This document shows positions 19,358 through 28,653 of a DNA stretch of 64,000 nt, in pieces. The notes under the pieces were generated by a model. That model did not search any database and was not told the origin of the DNA. It was given only the letters and a program-made list of their open reading frames with translations. The position numbers and the translations under genes were made by a program. How positions within the stretch are numbered: the stretch's first letter is position 1; every line of letters starts with the position of its first letter. This stretch comes from a bacterium (lineage in GTDB: Bacteria; SZUA-182; DTGQ01), in assembly GCA_040752695.1 (NCBI GenBank), contig JBFMGO010000010.1, positions 96 to 64,095 on the forward strand. Direction: 5' to 3'.

Positions 19358-20746
19358 ATGTCCAGGATCAATACCAATCGATTGAATCGTTTCATCGAGG
19401 ACTCCCGCAAGCTCTTTGAGCACTACCTGGGGGAACTGGTGGAAATCCCTACCGTAAGCTCGGACCCGGCTTATGAAGAGGATATGATAAAAGGAGCCAG
19501 TCTGGCTTCCGTCTATCTGGCTAAGATGGGAGCTAGAACCGAAATCCTCAAAACCGGCGGGCACCCTATGGTCTTAGGCCATTTCGATGTCCACCCGGAT
19601 GCTCCAACCATTGCCATCTATAATCATCTGGATGTCCAGCCCGCTTCACCTTCCAAGTGGACCCATCCGCCTTTTAAGTTCACTGTCACCCTGGACGGCC
19701 ACTATCTGGGCAGGGGCACGACTGATGACAAGGGGCCTGCCCTGACTGCCCTTTTTGCTGTCAAGTATATCCTCGATGAGGATATCCCGATGAATATCAA
19801 GTTCATCTGGGAGATGGAGGAGGAAATCGGCAGTCCGAATTTTGCAGAGGCGCTCAAAATAAGAAAGGAAGAGCTTCGGCCCGATTCAATCCTGGTTTCA
19901 GACACTACCTGGATCTCAAGAAACATACCGGCTATCACCTATGGGCTCAGGGGGCTGATGGCCGCAACCATGACCCTGACTACCGCCGACCGTGACGCTC
20001 ATTCGGGTCTGGTGGGAGGCGTAGCCAGAAATCCTCTTGCCGAGTTGTGCCAGGTCATCAGCCAGTGCTTTGACCCCCTGACCGGCAAGGTCAGGATCGA
20101 AGGGTTCTACGACAAGGTACGAAAACCGACTCGGGAGGAACTGAAAGAGTTTGCATCTTTCCAATTCAGTGTCTCAGAGTTTAAATCCGCCAACGGGCTC
20201 AGGATGCTCCGATGCGAAGATGCCAGCAGAATCATCCAGGCCACCTGGTGTGAGCCTACCTTTGAGATCCACGGTCTTTTGGGTGGATATATGGGCAGCA
20301 AGGTCATGACTATCGTTCCCCATACGGCTGAAGCCAAGATAAGCACCCGATTGGTGCCGGACCAGTCACCAGGGGAGATCTTTCAATTGGTAAAAGATTT
20401 TGTGAGAAAGGTAAACCCTGATGTCATAGTCACCCTGGAAAATACCCTTGAGCCTTACCTGACCGAATTCTCCAGCCCCCACACACAGGCTGCCGGCGAG
20501 TCAGTCAGCCAGGGGTTTGGCCTAAAACCCGTCTTTATCCGGGAAGGGGGCTCCATCGGCAGCGTGAGCAGCATGCAAAACCTATTCGGTGTGCCGATCG
20601 TTCTCCTTGGACTCAGCCTGCCCGAGCACGGCTACCATGCACCGAACGAATACTTCGACTGGTCCCAGGCATCAGGAGGAATCAGATCTTTAGCCCACTA
20701 TTTCTACAAGATCAGCCAAATAGGGAAAGCATCGGGCATGAGATAG
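19358..20746 (+). CDS. M20 family metallo-peptidase/dipeptidase (tandem paralog)
   Basis: Roughly 70-75% identical to the 17823-19202 product over its whole length. The likely start is MSRINTNRL (19358) with RBS 'aaggagaag'. Confidence 0.8.
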   Translation: MSRINTNRLNRFIEDSRKLFEHYLGELVEIPTVSSDPAYEEDMIKGASLASVYLAKMGARTEILKTGGHPMVLGHFDVHPDAPTIAIYNHLDVQPASPSKWTHPPFKFTVTLDGHYLGRGTTDDKGPALTALFAVKYILDEDIPMNIKFIWEMEEEIGSPNFAEALKIRKEELRPDSILVSDTTWISRNIPAITYGLRGLMAATMTLTTADRDAHSGLVGGVARNPLAELCQVISQCFDPLTGKVRIEGFYDKVRKPTREELKEFASFQFSVSEFKSANGLRMLRCEDASRIIQATWCEPTFEIHGLLGGYMGSKVMTIVPHTAEAKISTRLVPDQSPGEIFQLVKDFVRKVNPDVIVTLENTLEPYLTEFSSPHTQAAGESVSQGFGLKPVFIREGGSIGSVSSMQNLFGVPIVLLGLSLPEHGYHAPNEYFDWSQASGGIRSLAHYFYKISQIGKASGMR

Positions 20747-21008
20747 CAGCATGTCCCTAAATCTTAAGGGGTTATTCTCCTGCCGGCGCCGTGGTCATTC
20801 TCCCTTATGCATGATGTCATTCCGGGGAAGCGAAGTGCTGAGGGATCTTGACATGCAAAACGGCATCAAGAATCTTCGCTCGTGCAGAATGATCGGGAGC
20901 TCTGAGTGGTTTTGGTTACTGAGAGTCTGAGTGGTTACTACAGTTGGTCTTTTATGCTCCCGACAAGCCGGTTGTCGATAAGGAGCAGCATCGCTTGTAA
21001 TCTACTGG

Positions 21009-21260
21009 TTAATGAGGTTGATTGCCAATTTCTCCTAATAAAAGACCTATATTCTGTTTGAAGTGTTCCAAGAGCACCTTTTTTTCCTGGGCCGCTTTTA
21101 TCTTATCGAGAATGGTGTCCACTTCCGGATTAGAGAGACAAAAGCCGAATGAGCAATTAACATTCAGTAATTCATTCAACTTATAACTCAAGCTGGCGAT
21201 CTCCTCGGTTAAGCTTTCTATTTCCTGTTCCAATAACTTTTCTTCATGTTCCATACTCAT
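21009..21260 (-). CDS. small coiled-coil protein (83 aa)
   Basis: 'MSMEHEEKLLEQEIESLTEEIASLSYKLNELL...' shows heptad periodicity. A strong RBS 'gaggagga' lies 8 nt upstream of ATG 21260. The longer ORF-track start (21467) lacks an RBS. Lies in an AT-rich islet. Confidence 0.45.
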   Translation of the reverse strand: MSMEHEEKLLEQEIESLTEEIASLSYKLNELLNVNCSFGFCLSNPEVDTILDKIKAAQEKKVLLEHFKQNIGLLLGEIGNQPH

Positions 21261-22591
21261 TTTCAGTATCCTCCTCATAGTACCTGTCAGCCATGAACTG
21301 GCTTGGATTGGATTGATTTTGCATAAGCCGATAACAGAAAGTACCTGTACTTCTTCACGGGCCTTCTCATCTCCTTTCCCCGTCAACGAGTTTGTATCTG
21401 ATAAGTAACAGATGTTCTTAAGATTTAAGGTCCTTTTTCTTGAGCCTATCAATTTTTGTGCCATCAATAAAAAAATACAAGCGGCTAGTGACTTGATTCT
21501 ATTAGACTTATTGACCTCGTCATCTCCATCGGCCTAAAAGAGGAGAGCAGTGGGGAAAAAAGTATGGAGAAGAAAAAGGAAATAGAAGTTAAGTACAGTA
21601 ATATTAGATACTTACAAAATTAAAAAAATTATGAGTCAATACATACGATATATGAACCTGCAATCAATGTCCCGAAAGATTTCTGATGATGGCAAAATAG
21701 TTTCGGTAAATAACGGTTCATAAAAAGTAAGGATTCCTCCATATCGGTTATGCACCAGGTGATATCTCCCCGATTCCTGCCTGTTCACGCGTAATAAACT
21801 CGCCTTCTTGTCTTTTCAAGCATTCGCTCTTTTTATGTATTCATCCCCTCCCGTAAGGAAAAACCTCTTCACGGGAATTGGTATTGAGTTGCAATGTTAT
21901 TTTATAAACAATATGTTAACGGTAATAAAAATCATCTTTCGCAATATGGTACAAGACTTGCTCCTACAGGGAGGCAAGTTAGCTTTCGAAGCGAAATAAT
22001 ATCGTTTTTCAATACATATTCAGTAAAATAAATAAAAGGAGAGTTAGTCATCGATTAACTGATCAGATATACTGCTTAACCTTAAAAAATACGTCTTAAA
22101 TCATGTGAGTTGCCGATCCCCATTCTCAAATCTCCCGTTGTATACCCGGCTTTTCCTTCGTGCTTTTTCCTGTACGGTTGACACGTTCTCTTACTCTTAC
22201 ATTTTGAAAGAGTGCACTGCTGATTCCTGCGTTGAGGCAGGGTTGTCCGAACAAAGTCAAGCTCATCTGATTTATCATTCACATTTTCTGTGAACTTATT
22301 ACCAGCTTGTATTGATTGATAGAGATCCAAGACAAATAAACTGTTTATGAGTTCTGTCGGGCACCAAGCCTGCCACCAGAGAAGACTGTGAGGATAAGGC
22401 AATGATGGGAGAAGAGGAAAATCGGGAACCAAAGTCATAAGAACTGATAAGGGTATGGCAACCAATGAAAATGGTCTGGAAGGAGGTGATAGGTGATCAT
22501 TTAAAGCAAAAGAGTAAGGCACTGGAAGGAAGTCAGGGTTTTATAGTGAATCGTTTAACTATCTAGCAGATTAGCTAAAGAGAAAGGAATT

Positions 22592-23449
22592 TTGAGAATG
22601 TTTGCCCAAAAGAAACTTGCATACGTCTTTTTTATCCTGGTCAGTTTAGTAGCTCTATCCTTAGTTTATTCGCCGATCTCTCAAGCGCAGAACTGGGCTG
22701 CTTTACCCCCGTATAACACATTATGGCCACTATGGGCCCCTGCCCTGTCACCTGTCGATGCAGTGTCCGGACTGCCTGTCCCTATCGTCAGTGAATTAAC
22801 CCATTCCACCGTATTGCCCGTACAGCCTGGGTTGACCTGGGACCCGGCTGCTGAAAATCCCTGGCTGCTTTACAACACCCCGTTGGGTATGGCCTATTTC
22901 GATCCTATCGGTGGAGTAAACATGTGGCCACCATCATATTTGCTTGATACCGCCGGCAGCCCATTGCCTTTGACTCTCCCGCTTGACTATGGATACTTGC
23001 CGCCAACAGCAAGCAGCTGGTTAACGACCAATGTTCCATTAGGCAATATTTCCGCTCTTGCTTTCCTGATGACTATTCCGGCACCAGGGCCAATATTTAC
23101 ACCCCCTGCCTGGGGACCGATAGTACCCCCGACATTTGGCGGACTCTTCCTGGCACCAAGCGCATTCTTCCCGGTTGCTCCTCCTGCCGTTGCTCCTCTG
23201 CCCGTTCCTACGGCTATCGCTCCTCTGCCCGTTCCTACGGCTATTGCTCCTCTGCCTGTTCCGACAGTCATTACAGCTCTGCCTGCTCCTACTGCCCTCA
23301 CTCCTCTGCCTGTTCCTACGGCTATTGCTCCTTTACCTGTTCCTACTATCGTTGCTCCGTCAGCTCTTGTCCCAACAGCTATTGTTGCTCCGACAGTTCT
23401 TGCTCCTACCGCGGTTGTACCTCTGGCTACTACAGCTCTGATTCTCTAA
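22592..23449 (+). CDS. secreted proline-rich tandem-repeat protein
   Basis: Signal peptide 'MRMFAQKKLAYVFFILVSLVALSLVYSPISQA'. Trp/Pro-rich region. C-terminal 9-aa repeats 'APLPVPTAI' x6. Confidence 0.6.
   Translation: MRMFAQKKLAYVFFILVSLVALSLVYSPISQAQNWAALPPYNTLWPLWAPALSPVDAVSGLPVPIVSELTHSTVLPVQPGLTWDPAAENPWLLYNTPLGMAYFDPIGGVNMWPPSYLLDTAGSPLPLTLPLDYGYLPPTASSWLTTNVPLGNISALAFLMTIPAPGPIFTPPAWGPIVPPTFGGLFLAPSAFFPVAPPAVAPLPVPTAIAPLPVPTAIAPLPVPTVITALPAPTALTPLPVPTAIAPLPVPTIVAPSALVPTAIVAPTVLAPTAVVPLATTALIL
23175..23345 (+). repeat. 27-bp in-frame tandem repeat (about 6 copies)
   Basis: 'gctcctctgcccgttcctacggctatc' is repeated head-to-tail with few substitutions. It encodes the APLPVPTAI repeats. 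Confidence 0.7.
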
Positions 23450-23486
23450 GAGCATACGGCTTACTGTTTTATGCAATAACGCCAGA

Positions 23487-23534
23487 AAAGATGGAGTCCC
23501 ACCCTCAAAAAGTGGGACTCCATCTTTTCTTTTC
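23487..23534 (+). terminator. rho-independent terminator
   Basis: 'aaaagatggagtcccac-cctcaaaaa-gtgggactccatctttt' is a 17-bp perfect stem followed by 'cttttcc'. Confidence 0.8.
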
Positions 23535-23787
23535 CCCGTGGATTGGTTTTCGGGAAATATACCCGGTCCGCAAAACAGGATTGGCCGGAAAAATGAGAGG
23601 AGATAAACCTTGCTCCTGCATTATCCCTTGGAAATTCGCCTGACCAATTGACAGGATGTGCTGCCGTATGGTATAGTGAAGTATATTTTTTATGGTATTT
23701 ATTGCTATATTGATTTATCTTTTGCTCTTTTTCCGAAAGATAGGAACCCTTAAAGGGCGTTCGTAGGGAAACTAAACGACATAACTG

Positions 23788-24144
23788 ATGATAGATGAAA
23801 ACGACCTGAAAAAGATAGAGGATATTTTTAGCCGGCATGTGGGCATCCTCGCCGAGGATTTTCAGCGTAAGCTGGATATTGTGGTAGAAGGTCATCAATT
23901 GTTGCATGAAAAAATCGAACGTCTTGAGAGAGGGCAGAAAGAACTTTTTGCAAGGGTCGATAGAATAGAATTGACCTTATTGAAGATGGAGAAGCGCCTG
24001 ACCAATCTGGAACGGCGCATGGATAATATGGAACGGCGCATGGATAATATGGAACAAGGGATAAAAGCTGTGGCCGCAGATCTTGCTGCCCACAGGGCCG
24101 ATACCGAAATGCACGGCACCGGTTACCGGGCGGGTGACAAGTAA
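23788..24144 (+). CDS. coiled-coil protein with RRMDNME heptad duplication
   Basis: 118 aa. 'LERRMDNMERRMDNMEQ' is encoded by a perfect 21-nt direct duplication at about 23997-24040. Confidence 0.5.
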   Translation: MIDENDLKKIEDIFSRHVGILAEDFQRKLDIVVEGHQLLHEKIERLERGQKELFARVDRIELTLLKMEKRLTNLERRMDNMERRMDNMEQGIKAVAADLAAHRADTEMHGTGYRAGDK

Positions 24145-24347
24145 AGATGCAGCCTGCCGGCTGAATGGCAGAAAACCTGCCGAGTCAACTACCTTTTTCA
24201 CCAGACAAAACATCTTTCCGCCAAATAGTAAGGAAAGATGTCTTGTCCGGGTCCGGCATTATAGAGTATTAACAGGGTAATGAAGGAATCAACATTTCCA
24301 GATTTCATACTTCCCTGCTTTTCGCCCCCCTGGATTTTGGAATTCTC

Positions 24348-24845
24348 CTAATTCCAGTAGAAAATAACTCCAATTCGTCCACCCGTACCAAACTCATACT
24401 CTTCGCCGAAACGCAATCTGAGGAGAGTTTCTCCTGTAATACTGAAATTTTTAACAATAAAATATTCTCCACCGAATTTTGCATCAAGCTCGGCAGTGGT
24501 ATCGGTTTCCCCCTTTTCCTTATCATCGACTCTCATCAGAAAATCGAATCCCACAAAGGGGCTGAATTTTTCCGGGGCAAAAAGATATTGGTTAATGCCT
24601 ACACCGATTAAAAACCGCTTGGTATCCTCTTCCTTATCCCTGTCAATGTAATGAAAGCCAAAGTTCCCGTCCAGCGTCAACCGGTCAGATGCCCAGTATC
24701 GCCCGACAAGAGCAAATGCCTCCTCCTCGGTGATGATATCCTTAATGCCCACGCCGAACTTGCCAACCCTTCCTTGAGCGAAACAGGGGGTAATGCAAAC
24801 GCACAAGAGTAGTACACCGCACAGCACTCGAAAAAAAAGCTTCAT
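24348..24845 (-). CDS. small outer-membrane beta-barrel protein
   Basis: 165 aa. Signal peptide 'MKLFFRVLCGVLLLCVCITPCFA'. Alternating amphipathic strands with an aromatic C-terminus. Confidence 0.65.
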   Translation of the reverse strand: MKLFFRVLCGVLLLCVCITPCFAQGRVGKFGVGIKDIITEEEAFALVGRYWASDRLTLDGNFGFHYIDRDKEEDTKRFLIGVGINQYLFAPEKFSPFVGFDFLMRVDDKEKGETDTTAELDAKFGGEYFIVKNFSITGETLLRLRFGEEYEFGTGGRIGVIFYWN

Positions 24846-25407
24846 AATTGTATTCTCCCTATTGAGGTATTTGCAAAACTTTCAGCACCTCTAAAGCTTT
24901 TCCAGATCTTTGGGTACATAATTGCCCTCACCATCTCCTCTCTCTGTCTCATGATTCCACGGTATTCCCCTTTTTAAGAGGGGAGAGGATTATCAATTAC
25001 CCGTTATTAGTTCCGATAATCAAGAGAATCTTTCATGAAAAAAGTGTTTCTCTTTTAAAAGACTTTTTATCTTCCACCTCCTTTTTGAACTTCTTACCTC
25101 CCCCTTATCTGTCTCAACACGAGGGACGGTCCTTGCAGTTTCTGCATACTTGTGCATTGTGCCTGAGAGCGGGCTTTTGCCTTTACCGTTAAAAGATGAT
25201 TATTCCCTATCTTGCAGCTAATCGGGAGAAATAATAATACACTTTTACTATCCGTTTTTTCAACTAGAATAAAAAAAACTTTACATCGAAGAGAAAGTTG
25301 ATATAATGACTAGAAATCAGATATGGCCATGAGTCAGAAATATTACCCATGAGCCAATAATGTCGTGTCTCAATAATGCCATAAGTCATGAACACCATGA
25401 GGGAAAA

Positions 25408-25980
25408 ATGTGTGATCAGGTCAAAGAGACAATCCTTGAAGTAGCCCTTAAGCTCTTCCAGCGCTTTGGCTACAAAAAGACCACTATTGAAGAGATCGCT
25501 CGGGAGGCGGGGATCGGGAAGGGAACGGTTTATCTTCATTTTACGAGTAAGGAGGAGATCTTATTGACCCTCATTCATAACCTTCACCAGACTACGATCG
25601 AGGAGTGGATCAGGATCGTTCATAAGAGCTGGACGCCGGAAAAGAAGGTTTCGACCATGTTGAAATCCTGCATTGCCGAGATTCAAAGGAAAAGAGAGGA
25701 AGTTTCTCTGGCTACCCTGCCGCCCCGGTTGATACATTCTGTGCTTAAAATGTCGGAATCTACCAGAGAGCAGCGGCTGACCCTTCTGGCTACCGTGCTC
25801 GAGCCCCTCTATCGGGGAGATGACCGGCTTCGCAATACCATGGCCCGCGTATTGTTGGATTCTGCCAACAATATCATCTTTCGCCTGGACGTAGACAAGC
25901 ATTTTCCCTGGGAAGAATACCTGGACGATTCTCTGGAGTTATTGCTCGAAAAGTCCGATAAGACTAATAACCTCTCATGA
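25408..25980 (+). CDS. TetR/AcrR family transcriptional regulator
   Basis: HTH 'TTIEEIAREAGIGKGTVYLHFTSKEEI'. Sits upstream of the efflux operon. The start is probably MCDQ (25408). Confidence 0.85.
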   Translation: MCDQVKETILEVALKLFQRFGYKKTTIEEIAREAGIGKGTVYLHFTSKEEILLTLIHNLHQTTIEEWIRIVHKSWTPEKKVSTMLKSCIAEIQRKREEVSLATLPPRLIHSVLKMSESTREQRLTLLATVLEPLYRGDDRLRNTMARVLLDSANNIIFRLDVDKHFPWEEYLDDSLELLLEKSDKTNNLS

Positions 25981-26000
25981 CTAGAATAACACTTTAGTCA
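25978..26000 (+). promoter_or_regulatory. inverted repeat TGACTA-N11-TAGTCA between tetR and tolC (operator candidate)
   Basis: 'tgactagaataacactttagtca'. Related 'aactagaat' and 'tgactagaa' occur upstream of tetR at 25262 and 25307. Confidence 0.3.
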
Positions 26001-26024
26001 ATATTCAAAGAGCACCCAATCATC

Positions 26025-27356
26025 ATGAATAAAAATAGATACTTGTATCGAATCAGTTTCAGTATTCACCTTCTTTCCCTTTTTATTTGTGTCTTGTTTC
26101 TTCCCTCTTCACAGGCTGCGGCTCAGACTGTCTCTTTTACTCCTTCAGTTTCTCCTGCTCCTTCAATCCCCGCTCGCCTGACGTTGGAACAGGCCCGCCA
26201 GTTGGCCAGAGTTCACAACCGCGACCTGCAAACTCTTCGCCTGAACCTTCGGATTGCGCAGGAGAAGACCATGGAGGCCAGATCCAAGGCATTTCCTCAA
26301 CTCTCTTCCCAGGCCGACTACACGGTTCACGATAAACCGATGTCACCCGGCGGTGATATGGAGTATTGGGGAGCCGGTCTTACCTTAAGCCAGACCCTTT
26401 TTCACCTTGGCATCTGGGCTGGTATCAGGGCTGCCAGGCACTACCAGGAAATGGAAGAACTGGCTGCTCAGCGGTATGAACAAACTCTGGATTTTCTGAC
26501 CACTGATGCTTACTTGGGGATACTGCGAAGCCAGAAAGAGATAAGCGTTTTGAAGGAATTGGAAAAAAATACCCAGGACCACCTGCGGGATACCCGAAAT
26601 TTTTATACTGAAGGCATGGTGCCCAAGACCGACCTTTTAAAAACGGAACTGGCACTCAGTCAGGTGCAAAGAGACCTTCTGGCCAGTGAAAACGGTCAGC
26701 AAAAAGCCTGGACTACTTTTAAGATCCTCCTTGGAGTTGATCTTGACCGGGCGTATGATCTTGAGGATGTGGAACTTGCCCAATCTTCATTGAAAGAATT
26801 GAAAGAATTGCAGATGGAGGCGCTCACCAGGCGTAACGACTACAAAAAGATGCTGGCTGAGCGGTCCTTTCTGAAAAATACGCTTACTGCCTATAAATCC
26901 AAACACTATCCCGTGATTTCCGCTTTCGGAAGCATGAGTTATACAACCAGTGAAAGTGAATATCAGGACCGTTCCATGACAGGAGGGGTTCGCGTCACCC
27001 TGCCGCTTTTTACCGGATTTGAAACCAATGCACAGATAGCCCAGGGCCGTAGTCAATTGGTTCAGAACCAGATCCGGGTGCAGGCAATTACGGATCAGAT
27101 CCGACAGGAGGTGGAATCCGCCTATCTGGATATCTTAAAAGCCCGGCTGGATTTTGAAACCGCTCAGAAAGAGGTGACCGAGGCGGAAGAGAACCTTCGG
27201 ATCAACAATGATCTCTATAAAGAATCCATGGCTACCAATACCGATGTGCTGGATGCCCAGACATTGTTGGCCCAGGCCAGAAACCACCTGAACAATGCCC
27301 GGTATGACCAGATCCTGGCTGGCCAGAGATTATCTCTGGCCACAGGTGGCTTATGA
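26025..27356 (+). CDS. TolC-family outer membrane efflux protein
   Basis: 443 aa. Signal peptide. Alpha-helical repeat structure and C-terminal 'AQARNHLNNARYDQILA' are OMF hallmarks. Confidence 0.85.
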   Translation: MNKNRYLYRISFSIHLLSLFICVLFLPSSQAAAQTVSFTPSVSPAPSIPARLTLEQARQLARVHNRDLQTLRLNLRIAQEKTMEARSKAFPQLSSQADYTVHDKPMSPGGDMEYWGAGLTLSQTLFHLGIWAGIRAARHYQEMEELAAQRYEQTLDFLTTDAYLGILRSQKEISVLKELEKNTQDHLRDTRNFYTEGMVPKTDLLKTELALSQVQRDLLASENGQQKAWTTFKILLGVDLDRAYDLEDVELAQSSLKELKELQMEALTRRNDYKKMLAERSFLKNTLTAYKSKHYPVISAFGSMSYTTSESEYQDRSMTGGVRVTLPLFTGFETNAQIAQGRSQLVQNQIRVQAITDQIRQEVESAYLDILKARLDFETAQKEVTEAEENLRINNDLYKESMATNTDVLDAQTLLAQARNHLNNARYDQILAGQRLSLATGGL

Positions 27357-27382
27357 GCAACGACCATAATGAGGAAATCACC

Positions 27383-28645
27383 ATGAAAAAAATATCTGTT
27401 TTTGCAGCTTGTGCCATTTCTTTGGCTCTTTTACTCACTTCCTGTAAGGCCCAGACAGGGCAGACGAAGGTTCAGTCTCTGGAGGACGAAATCCGGGTTC
27501 CCGTAGTGGCCCGGCCTGTTCACCGGGAGGATTTGGCCCAGAAAGTCTATACCAATGGAACTTTTCAAGCTGATGAGAAGGCCATGATCAGCCCCAAAGC
27601 CGGAGGCAGGATTATGGAGATTACCGTAGATGAAGGCGATGCGGTGAAAAAGGGACAAATTCTCGTCCGCATGGACGATACGCAGCTCCAGTTGGATCTC
27701 AAGCGGTCAGAAGCCACAACCGAGGAGTTGCGGGCCAGGCTGGAGGCAGCTAAAACCGAGGTGGAAAACGCCCGTGCACGGCTTGCGGCAGCACAGGCTT
27801 CGGTTAGCCGAAGCCAGGCTGATCTGAACCTGAAGGCGCTTGAAGAGGAGAGATGCGAGCGGCTGGTGCAGAATCAGTCCCTGCCCCGGCAAAAATACGA
27901 TTATGCCAAGAGCGCTTACGATATGGCCAAAGCCACTCTGGAGGCCAGTCAGGCGGACCTTGAAAGTGCCGAGGCCGGCTTGAAGGCGGCCCAGGCAGGA
28001 CTCAAGACCACGCAGGCCGCTTTGACCAGTGGAGAGAAACTTCTGGCCATTGCCAGGGAACGGCTTGCTGATACCCGTCTCCCTGCCCCTATTTCCGGTG
28101 TGATCAGTAAAAAAATTATGAATATCGGGGAAGTGGCCGATACGGGCAAGACCATCCTGGTTCTGGAGAAAGTTGATCTTCTGGAGTTGAGGGCCAAAAT
28201 CTCTTCCGAATACTTGCAGCAGATCAAGGCCGGGCTTGAGGTGACTATTCAACCGGATGGCATCTCGACCCCGATTCAGAGCACCATAGACCGGGTTAAT
28301 CCGGCTATCGATCCTGTGGACAGGGCGGTGGAGATTATCTGCAAGATCCCCAATCCAAGCGGAATCTTAAAATCGGGTCTCTTTGCCAAACTGGAAATCA
28401 CGACTCAAATTTTTGAACAGGCAGTGGTCATTCCCAGCTATTCTATCGTAGAGCGAAACCATAAGCGGGTCGTTTTTATTGCCGAAAATGACCGGGCTAA
28501 AATGGTAGCCATAGATATCTCGCCCTATGAGGCTGACGAGAAAAATATCGTTCTGAATGGCTTGAGCGGAAATGAATTGCTGATTATCGAAGGACAAAAC
28601 GAACTGGCAGGGAATGAGCTCCTGCAGATCAAGAAGGAGAGCTGA
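27383..28645 (+). CDS. RND efflux periplasmic adaptor (membrane fusion protein, HlyD family)
   Basis: Lipoprotein-like N-terminus 'LLLTSC'. Long coiled-coil hairpin. Beta-barrel/MP domain 'ISGVISKKIMNIGEVAD'. Confidence 0.85.
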   Translation: MKKISVFAACAISLALLLTSCKAQTGQTKVQSLEDEIRVPVVARPVHREDLAQKVYTNGTFQADEKAMISPKAGGRIMEITVDEGDAVKKGQILVRMDDTQLQLDLKRSEATTEELRARLEAAKTEVENARARLAAAQASVSRSQADLNLKALEEERCERLVQNQSLPRQKYDYAKSAYDMAKATLEASQADLESAEAGLKAAQAGLKTTQAALTSGEKLLAIARERLADTRLPAPISGVISKKIMNIGEVADTGKTILVLEKVDLLELRAKISSEYLQQIKAGLEVTIQPDGISTPIQSTIDRVNPAIDPVDRAVEIICKIPNPSGILKSGLFAKLEITTQIFEQAVVIPSYSIVERNHKRVVFIAENDRAKMVAIDISPYEADEKNIVLNGLSGNELLIIEGQNELAGNELLQIKKES

Positions 28646-28653
28646 AAAAAACC

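Noticed and set aside
21500-22590. Additional genes in the AT-rich gap (22082-22522 minus ORF, 22105-22293).
   Set aside because: No RBS, Pro/Ser-rich or hydrophobic junk translations, and overlapping frames. Probably non-coding.
23175-23345. Possible CRISPR array, suggested by the 27-bp tandem repeats (and the repeat array at 62990-63300).
   Set aside because: The repeats are contiguous with no spacers, and are in-frame inside a signal-peptide protein (the second array is degenerate 7-9-mers). There are no cas genes. Not CRISPR.
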